Shown here piece by piece: positions 57,301 through 64,000 of a stretch of 64,000 nucleotides of DNA; within the stretch, counting starts at the first letter, position 1, and each line of letters begins with the position of its first letter. The stretch is from Eledone cirrhosa (lineage: Eukaryota), in contig OZ024740.1 of assembly GCA_964016885.1 (NCBI GenBank), positions 321,160,001-321,224,000 on the forward strand, given 5' to 3'. Under the pieces are notes generated by a model. That model saw only the letters and a list, made by a program, of their open reading frames with translations. It did not search any database and was not told where the DNA came from. Both the position numbers and the translations under genes were made by a program.

Positions 57301-58914
57301 TGTTCTGTGTGGTATGATATAATATACATGTGGGCCACTGAGGTGTTCTGTGTGGTATGATATAATACACATGTAGGCCATTGAGGTATTCTGTGTGGTA
57401 TGATATAATATACATGTGGGCCATTGAGGTATTCTGTGTGTTATGATATAATATACATGTGGGCCACTGAGGTGTTCTGTGTGGTATGATATAATATACA
57501 TGTGGGCCACTGAGGTGTTCTGTGTGGTATGATATAATATACATGTGGGTCATTGAGGTGTTCTGTGTGGTATGATATAATACACATGTGGGCCATTGAG
57601 GTGTTCTGTGGTATGATTTAATATACATGTGGGCTACTGAGGTGTTCTATGTGGTATGCTATAATATACATGTGGGCCACTGAGGTGTTCTGTGTGATAT
57701 GATATAATATACATGTGGGCCACTGAGGTGTTCTGTGTGGTATGATATAATATACATGTGGGCTACTGAGGTGTTCTGTGTGGTATGATATAATATATAT
57801 GTGGGCCACTGAGGTGTTCTGTGTGGTATGATATAATATACATGTGGGCCACTGAGGTGTTCTATGTGGTATGCTATAATATACATGTGGGCCACTGAGG
57901 TGTTCTATGTGGTATGCTATAATATACATGTGGGCCACTGAGGTGTTCTGTGTGATATGATATAATATACATGTGGGCCACTGAGGTGTTCTGTGTGGTA
58001 TGATATAATATACATGTGGGCTACTGAGGTGTTCTGTGTGGTATGATATAATATATATGTGGGCCACTGAGGTGTTCTGTGTGGTATGATATAATATACA
58101 TGTGGGCTACTGAGGTGTTCTGTGTGATATGATATAATATATATGTGGGCCATGGGGTAAAACTACAAAAAAATCAAAGGTTTTCCGTTACAAAGAGAAA
58201 TTATATATTTCTGCTTTAAACAGTGGGGTGGAATAAGCGGGGGCGTTGGAATAAGTTGGGTGGGTGGGTGTAAAATAAGTAATTTTTCTAGGTTGTCTTC
58301 ATTGATTTTTAAAAAAAAATAGAATTAGTTGTTTAGTTTTCACATATTGAGACCCCAACCCATCCTATTTATGGAATTTCTAGTAACGTACTTTTTTTTG
58401 TCATGTATAATATTTTTTAATATCTAACGAAAATTAATTGTCACAGGAATGCTATCACCTAAAATAAAATTTTGCCGGAGATAGATTAGCAAAATTTAAT
58501 AAGTGGGGGTTGGAATAAGAGCGTGGGTGGTGGTGGTGGTGGTGGTGGGGGGGGGGGAATAAGGCGGACAAGGGGGTGGTAAAAATCTGAAAAATTGATA
58601 AGCGGGGGGTGGGGTTTTGGGGACGATTATTCGAGACCCGAGAGTACTTTATTTTATCGACCTCAGAAGGGTGAAAAGCAAAGTTAACCTTGGCAGCAGG
58701 ATTTTATCTCTGAACATAAAACCAGAGCGTATGTATTTGTCCATCTCTCTAATGACTCTGCCAATCCACCAATCTTACTTATAATAGAAATATATTTTTA
58801 TCTATTATTTATCTATTATATTGTGATGCATCATGCACTGATGGCAGTGTGTCTTACCTTCAATTCATCAGCTTCTATATAACCGCTGTGGTCAGTATCA
58901 TATTTCTTCCATGT
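32856..58914 (-). CDS. Cbp53E: Calbindin-32/Cbp53E-like six-EF-hand Ca-binding protein (calbindin/calretinin/secretagogin family), 3' seven coding exons; 5' exons not found in this window
   Basis: Exons 58914-58858, 43474-43391, 36361-36306, 34996-34951, 34775-34719, 33626-33555 and 33008-32856 have AG acceptors and GTAAG donors. They join in frame (525 nt) to [174 protein letters not shown]. Four EF loops and the family motif [15 protein letters not shown] are present. Confidence 0.95.
33133..33323 (-). mobile_element. Fold-back element family A in the last calbindin intron
   Basis: Perfect ~56-bp arms taggaacgagtaggacccc...ctaattctg / cagaattag...ggggtcctactcgttccta, left tail, TA flanks. 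Confidence 0.8.
33555..33626 (-). CDS. Cbp53E: Calbindin-32-like exon (EF5)
   Basis: ttacag|GATAAAAAT...GAAGAG|gtaaga, 72 nt, [24 protein letters not shown]. Confidence 0.94.
34719..34775 (-). CDS. Cbp53E: Calbindin-32-like exon
   Basis: ttgcag|GGAGAAAAG...GACAGA|gtaagt, 57 nt, [19 protein letters not shown]. Confidence 0.93.
34951..34996 (-). CDS. Cbp53E: Calbindin-32-like exon
   Basis: ttccag|ATTGCTTCC...TTTAAA|gtaaga, 46 nt, (K)[15 protein letters not shown]; its phase matches the previous exon. Confidence 0.94.
35695..35990. repeat. 30/33-bp minisatellite
   Basis: tgttatgatgttgggggtactgttgttattcga and a 30-bp variant, about 9 copies. Confidence 0.93.
36306..36361 (-). CDS. Cbp53E: Calbindin-32-like exon (EF4)
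   Basis: ccacag|CTGAAACTC...ATGGCCAA|gtaagt, 56 nt, [18 protein letters not shown](K). Confidence 0.94.
36500..36870 (-). mobile_element. R4/Dong-like RLE retrotransposon 3' fragment
   Basis: [28 protein letters not shown] / [15 protein letters not shown], a typical RLE C-terminus. Confidence 0.7.
36925..37108 (+). mobile_element. tRNA-derived SINE with (ATT)n tail
   Basis: Same core as 5093-5300. Confidence 0.85.
37332..39331 (+). pseudogene. Tx1-like ORF1 (Asn-rich N-terminus, Zn knuckle, Pro/Thr-rich C-terminus)
   Basis: ATG at 37332, TFAAAA motif, [15 protein letters not shown] knuckle; frameshifts at A and C runs and TGA at 38179. Confidence 0.8.
39363..42774 (+). pseudogene. Tx1-like ORF2 (APE endonuclease, RT, C-terminal Cys motif)
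   Basis: LNVRGL, VSET, VYAP, GD*N, YIDRIF, SDHK, PGYWKLN; [28 protein letters not shown]; [18 protein letters not shown]; stops at 39786 and 40115, frameshifts near 40210 and 40850. Confidence 0.93.
43215..43410. repeat. 30/51-bp tandem repeat containing the exon end and splice donor
   Basis: Four copies of tataacttacaatg(g/a)tat. Confidence 0.9.
43391..43474 (-). CDS. Cbp53E: Calbindin-32-like exon (EF3-EF4 linker)
   Basis: ttttcag|AAATTTCTC...GATACCATT|gtaagtt, 84 nt, [28 protein letters not shown]. Confidence 0.9.
43763..43907 (-). mobile_element. tRNA-derived SINE, 5'-truncated
   Basis: Reverse complement of the SINE core. Confidence 0.85.
43978..44160 (+). mobile_element. tRNA-derived SINE
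   Basis: ggattggcagtatcggtagag...gagttcaaatc...taccagt...agaaacaatt. Confidence 0.88.
44187..45078. repeat. 44-bp minisatellite, about 20 copies
   Basis: ccagatgtgaaatgtaggcctccaaagttagtgctagtcccagt, decaying toward the right. Confidence 0.95.
45315..45605. mobile_element. Fold-back element flanked by (GAT)n/(GTT)n
   Basis: Arms tctcaactaaagtattg...cacagtctgat / atcagactgtg...caatactttagttgaga; the microsatellites are mirrored too. Confidence 0.6.
45622..45812 (-). mobile_element. SINE (ggatgcccttcc family)
   Basis: Reverse complement of 25395-25752; cut off by the mariner insertion. Confidence 0.75.
45817..46697 (+). mobile_element. Mariner element, internally deleted, with long TIRs
   Basis: TIRs tacgaggtgtgtcagaaaagttccagga / tcctggaacgtttctgacacaccccgta, TA TSD; [22 protein letters not shown]...VFEWCK, ITGDES*IFEYDPE, C-terminal QGDYFEG. 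Confidence 0.92.
46729..46933 (-). mobile_element. Fold-back element family A
   Basis: Near-identical to 33133-33323; the centre carries CTGAATGA on the minus strand. Confidence 0.8.
47002..47179 (-). mobile_element. Fold-back element family B (short arms)
   Basis: Tail ttggaaaatgtgtgagat and arm start match 2743-3134. Confidence 0.75.
47385..47766 (-). mobile_element. Degenerate fold-back element family C
   Basis: Tail resembles 29070-29115; hammerhead 3' half GAAA-TGGCGCCG-TA on the minus strand near 47563-47576. Confidence 0.55.
47799..47985 (-). mobile_element. tRNA-derived SINE
   Basis: Full reverse complement of the SINE family. Confidence 0.88.
49418..49720. mobile_element. MITE (CAGGGCCGGATTTA-like ends)
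   Basis: CAGGGTTAGATTTA / TAAATCCGAACCTTG with subterminal gggggcccgg motifs. Confidence 0.55.
50957..58153. repeat. 7.2-kb 43-bp satellite inside a calbindin intron
   Basis: acatgtgggccactgaggtgttctgtgtggtatgatataatat, roughly 165-170 units; degenerate outliers near 50350 and 50605-50700. Confidence 0.98.
58220..58646. mobile_element. MITE, same family as 9408-9606
   Basis: Right TIR attattcgagacccgagagta and repeated ggggttggaataag motifs. Confidence 0.6.
58645..58772 (-). mobile_element. Degenerate tRNA-derived SINE
   Basis: tactttattttatcgacc...gaaaagcaaagttaacct...ctgccaatccacc. Confidence 0.75.
58858..58914 (-). CDS. Cbp53E: Calbindin-32-like exon (EF3)
   Basis: ttctag|ACATGGAAG...GAATTGAAG|gtaagac, 57 nt, [19 protein letters not shown]. 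Confidence 0.93.
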
Positions 58915-59099
58915 CTAGAATATAAAGGAGGAAAGAGAAAGTAAATAAATAATTTAATGACAAAACAGATTGTTTTTTTCCTTTCATTTATAAATAATCA
59001 ATTATCTTAAAGCTTAGCTATTGAAAATGGCCATCTATTATTAACTATGATGTCAGTGTTGAACCACACACTACACACCTCTAGTTAAAGACACCCGCT

Positions 59100-60450
59100 G
59101 GTATAATGTCGTGATGGTATGGAGCAGAGATGGTATGGTGTAGAGATGGTAAGGTGTGGAGAAGGTATGGCGTAGAGATGGTATGGTATGGAGACGGTAT
59201 GGTGTGGAGATGGTATGATGTGGAGATAGTATGGTGTGGAGACGGTATGGTAGGGAGATGGTATGGCATAGAGATGGTATGGTATGGAGATGGTATGGTG
59301 TGGAGATGGTATAGTGTGGAGATAGTATGGTGTGGAGACGGTATGGTAGGAAGATGGTTTGACGTAGAGATGGTATAGCGTAGAGATGGTATGGTGTGGA
59401 GATGGTATGGTGTGGAGATAGTATGGTGTGAAGATGGTATGGTGCGGAGATGGTATGGTGTAAAGATGGTATGGTGTAAAGATGGTATGGTATGGAGATG
59501 GTATGGTGTGGAGATAATATGGTGTGACGATGGTATAGTGCGGAGATGGTATGGTGTGGTGATGGTATGTTATGGAGATAGTATGGTGTGGTGATGGTGA
59601 TGGTATGGTGTAGAGATGGTATGGTGTGGAGACGGTATAATGTGGAGATGGTATGGTGTGGAGATGGTATTGTGTAGAGATGGTATAATGTGGAGATGGT
59701 ATGGTGTATAGATGGTATGGTGCAGAGATGGTATGGTGTGGAGATGGTATGGTGTGGAGATAGTATGGTGTGGAGACGGTATGGTAGGGAGATGGTATGG
59801 CATAGAGATGGTATGGTATGGAGATGGTATGGTGTGGAGATGGTATAGTGTGGAGATAGTATGGTGTGGAGACGGTATGGTAGGAAGATGGTTTGACGTA
59901 GAGATGGTATAGCGTAGAGATGGTATGGTGTGGAGATGGTATGGTGTGGAGATAGTATGGTGTGAAGATGGTATGGTGCGGAGATGGTATGGTGTAAAGA
60001 TGGTATGGTGTAAAGATGGTATGGTATGGAGATGGTATGGTGTGGAGATAATATGGTGTGACGATGGTATAGTGCGGAGATGGTATGGTGTGGTGATGGT
60101 ATGTTATGGAGATAGTATGGTGTGGTGATGGTGATGGTATGGTGTAGAGATGGTATGGTGTGGAGACGGTATAATGTGGAGATGGTATGGTGTGGAGATG
60201 GTATTGTGTAGAGATGGTATAATGTGGAGATGGTATGGTGTATAGATGGTATGGTGCAGAGATGGTATGGTGTAGAGATGGTATGGTGCGGAGATGGTAT
60301 GGTGTATAGATGGTATGGTGGGGAGATGGCATGGTGTAGAGATGGTATGGTGTAGAGATGGTATGGTGCGGAGATGGTATGTTGTAGAGATGGTATGTTG
60401 TGGAGATGGTATGGTGCAGAGATGGTATAGAATAGCTATGGTATAGAGTG
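59100..60450. repeat. 16-bp minisatellite
   Basis: gagatggtatggtgtg units with a 534-bp higher-order duplication. Confidence 0.95.
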
Positions 60451-60528
60451 GTTGTGTGAAGATTCTGGAATAATAGATTATTTACAAAAAATAAGAAATC
60501 TGAGGAAGTTCGTATTTTCAAAAGTTAA

Positions 60529-60756
60529 TTCTTCTTCTTCTTCTTCTTCTTCTTCTTCTTCTTCTTCTTCTTCTTCTTCTTCTTCTTCTTCTTCTTCTTC
60601 ACCTGCTGTCTGGCACATCAGTCCGACTTTGGACAATCCCAGTAACATGATCCGTTTTTTAATTTTTTATGAGAAGAGATTGTTAACTTTTTTATTCAAA
60701 CATTCACCATTTCTGGAGACAGGGACGCCGTGAGTGGTCTCACATGTCCCTTCTCG

Positions 60757-60829
<73 letters not shown>

Positions 60830-60857
60830 GAAATGGAAGAATAGTAAAGGGGTTGAC

Positions 60858-60894
<37 letters not shown>

Positions 60895-61140
60895 TAAGAG
60901 AAAGGGAGTGGGAGAAAGAGAGGAAGAGGGAGAGAGAGAAGAAAAAAGAAAGATAAAAGAAAAAGAAAGAGACAAAATAGACAGATACATAGACATAATG
61001 AAAGAGATGAGGAGAGGTAAGTAGGTAGACAGACAGATATAGAGAGAGGGAGGAGAGAGATACGCACGTACAAGAGGAAGAGAGAGAAAAAGAGTGAGAG
61101 AGAAAAATAGAGAGAGAGAAATGAGAGAGAGTGACAGAGA
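60529..61140. repeat. (TTC)n, (GA)n, (GATA)n and purine-rich low complexity
   Basis: Directly visible. Confidence 0.9.
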
Positions 61141-61799
61141 GGAACTCGGTTTCATTACTTGAATCATATTTTATTTAAGGGAAGGATGGAATACAAAGTC
61201 GACCATAGTGGGATTGGAACTCAGAGCAGATAGAAAGCTTTGCAGAAACACTGCAAAGTATTCTAGCCGATGTTTCAATGACAGCCAATTCACGAATTAA
61301 TACTAAAAAAATATCAATTATTTTCATATCGCCACTTATCTTGGTGGCTGGTTTACAAATCCTCGAAAATATCAATCAAGTGTTGTGGCAAGAGGAGGAT
61401 GTGTGTGTCTGTCGGGGAGATTTGGTACTCAAGATTATAAATTACTCGAGATATATATATTTCCTGGTTGTTAATTAGAGTTACCCCTGACAACCTAAAA
61501 AAACAATGAATTGGTGTGAAACACGTGATTGTTGGCAGCAACAGCGATAAGGTAGTGTATATACACACACTGATGAATAATTCAATATTAGTGTAGAACG
61601 GTTGTTTAATGTTATACCACGCCGAGATTCAAACGAGAATGAAATTGTTTTCGAAGCAAGATAAAAAAAATACAGGGTATAATAAAGACATTAATAGATC
61701 AAATGAGGTTCATGAACTGAATTAAATCAACTGAATCTACAACACCTGTCTAATTGACAGCTGGGTTAATTAATCAAATTGAACCACTGGTTTCCTTCC

Positions 61800-61985
61800 G
61801 TGAAGGTGCATAGCTTAATGGTCAAGGTGTTGGGCTCACGATGTTATGGTCATGAGTTTGATTCCCAGATCGAGTGACGTGTTGTCTATTTCACATTGCT
61901 CCAGTCGACTCAACTACAAAACAATGAATTGCAACGACACGGGTGCCAAGCTGTATCAGTCTTTGCTCTTTTTCTTGGGCAACAT
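61800..61985 (+). mobile_element. tRNA-headed SINE of a second family
   Basis: gaaggtgcatagcttaatggtc (A box)...gagtttgattccc (B box); head also at 27118-27165. Confidence 0.55.
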
Positions 61986-62689
61986 CATATATAGTTATAT
62001 AGTGTAAATATATAGTGTGTATATAGTGTGCGTAGTGTATATAGTGTATGGCTGTGTTGAGATGGTCCTTCTTTGATATGTAAAATTGGGGGGTTTGCTG
62101 TGTATTCTAATTTTCGTTTTGTGTGTGTATAACCCCCCCCCCCCTGAAGTGCCTGGGTTCCCCAAGGTCTAAATCCAACCCTGGGTCGACATGAGGCTAT
62201 GGTAAATGATGCCTGTTTAAGATATGCCACGATATCTGTGATTGAATACGGGACCTAATATCTACGTAACAAGCTCCTTAACCATTCAGCCATGATACGT
62301 TCACACTGATAGACAACGATATAAATGAATAAACAACAACAAACAAACGATAGCAAATAGTTATTTATCCTGAGTAAATATTATAACACTGACACATACA
62401 CAGAAACTGTACACAAAAACTGTACTCAAAAACTGGTTATTACGATTAAATGGCGGACGTTGTTAATCTCCCCCTCCCTCTCATCTTCTCTATCGTATTA
62501 CAAGCAGACGATAATACAAAGCAACAGCATCGAGTTAATCCAGATGAATTAACACTAAAAAATACGGTTTGTTAAGCAACACACAGCAGCATAAACATAC
62601 ACACTTTTAACAATCCCATACATGCATGCATACATACATACATACATACATACATACATACATACATACATACATACATACATACATAC

Positions 62690-63298
62690 ATGGTGGCTGC
62701 CAACTCGTTTTCGAGTACGGCCACTGCTTTATATCCATGTAGGAGAACCCCTACCAATGCGCTGAACGAGTGTGACTTTTTAGTCCAGCCAGCGACTTGA
62801 AAACTCTGGTACAAACACTACACTTGTGACAATTATTGACACATAGTGCTAGGCCCATGGTACCGTGTGACGACAAGTGCAGAGAGATCTCCAGATATAA
62901 AGCAATGCCTGTGCCGTGAAGCTTTTGTAGTGAGAAAAGGCTCTGCACAAAGCCAGTCCCACTCTCTTGACCAAGATGATATTTACCAAAATGAAGAACA
63001 AGTCAACATCATTGGATACCATCAGGGTTGCAGGTGTTATATCAGAGTTTTCCTTCTCATAGAATTCTGCCTTGACAAAGGCTAAGGGGTCATCTCTCCC
63101 GGTGATTTTTGATGGCCATTGACTCTTAAGAGCTGCTTTGCCCTTTGACAGGTTTTGTTTTTAGTCCTGCAGGATGTCCAAAGTCACCCTCCTCACCAAG
63201 AAACCTTGGTGGGGTTGCCAGTTTAGTCGCCAACGACCCGTCCACGAGACAGGTTGTACTGGGATACATGTTACCAGTAGCACCAACTGGTGACCTGA
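62690..63298 (-). mobile_element. Short non-autonomous RTE-like element in (TACA)n
   Basis: 5'UTR-like segment joined to CHKCSVCTRVFKSLAGLKSHTR (C-terminal Zn finger), (TATG)n at both ends. Confidence 0.55.
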
Positions 63299-63340
63299 CA
63301 TACATACATACATACATACATACATACATACATACATACA

Positions 63341-63369
<29 letters not shown>

Positions 63370-63371
<2 letters not shown>

Positions 63372-63652
63372 CCAGTATCCAAGATACACCTTTAGCTTCA
63401 TACCGATCATTATTGGAGCTACGGGTTATATACCAACCCGCTTTGACCAAAGTATGACTGAACTTGGATTTGCGGACAAAAAGCACAGCTCCCTAATTCA
63501 TAGTCTACAAATGGCTGCGATAGCTGGCACCTTCAAAATTTGCAAAACATTCTTGCGATTCAAGGGATGACAATTTCTTTTCTTTTACAACCTTGCCACC
63601 AGGAAGGTGGCCGGTCAAAAAAAATAAATACTCGAAATTAAGAGAAAGAGAT
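63370..63652 (+). mobile_element. R4/Dong-like RLE retrotransposon 3' end in (TACA)n
   Basis: YPRYTFSFIPIIIGATGYIP...LQMAAIAGTFKICKTFL*, then a short 3'UTR and (CATA)n. Confidence 0.7.
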
Positions 63653-63737
63653 AACATACATACATACATACATACATACATACATACATACATACATACA
63701 TACATACATACATACATACATACATACATACATACAT

Positions 63738-64000
63738 ACGCACAGAGCTACTGGAGATCTGTATGGGAAACAAATGATGGATTTAACAAACAAACTAAAT
63801 GGCTAAAAGAACTGGAACAGGAATACTGCCAGCATGTCCAGACAAAACGATTTGATGGGTCAATACTGGAAACAGCTCTACTGCTCCAATGGTTATCAAC
63901 TGCCATTAGTCCCCCCCCCCCCCCCAAAAAAAAAATTACCAAACCATCCTTGTTAAAAATTACAGCCCAATAGCCTGCCAAAACACCATGTATAAATTAT
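63738..64000 (+). mobile_element. R4/Dong-like RT N-terminal fragment, runs off the window
   Basis: SYWRSVWE...WLKELEQEY and, frameshifted, ENYSPIACQNTMYKL (NYRPIAC-like RT motif). Confidence 0.6.

Noticed and set aside
50781-58153. Repetitive His/Tyr-rich ORFs
   Set aside because: The 43-bp unit is not a multiple of 3, so the same peptide cycles through all frames; it is satellite DNA
59085-60521. 478-aa HTIPSP ORF
   Set aside because: Translation of the 16-bp minisatellite
58915-64000. Next upstream calbindin exon (ENFLLLF...EFMK-like)
   Set aside because: No matching sequence with splice sites was found; it probably lies beyond the window

Overview
AT-rich, repeat-dense eukaryotic DNA, probably octopus/coleoid cephalopod (inferred from the SINE and microsatellite landscape, not proven). 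The only host gene I can support is the 3' part of a minus-strand six-EF-hand calbindin-32/Cbp53E-like gene. Seven GT-AG exons between 58914 and 32856 splice in frame to 174 aa covering EF3-EF6. The rest is repeats: a full-length but disrupted Tx1/L1-clade LINE with a 15-bp TSD, two CRE-clade retrotransposon relics, R4/Dong-like and RTE-like fragments, mariner relics, MITEs, SINEs, a 3.6-kb TA array, a 7.2-kb 43-bp satellite and several minisatellites. The most striking feature is about 13 non-coding fold-back elements from several unrelated families, all built as microsatellite-tail-arm-spacer-inverted arm-microsatellite. Several carry minimal type I hammerhead ribozymes, including U3-A8 core variants and one with a ~120-nt stem II. 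A Penelope-like GIY-YIG relic sits beside one of them. Separately, a calbindin 5' splice site is tandemly amplified into four in-frame, stop-free donors. Coordinates were read by hand; repeat boundaries are approximate.
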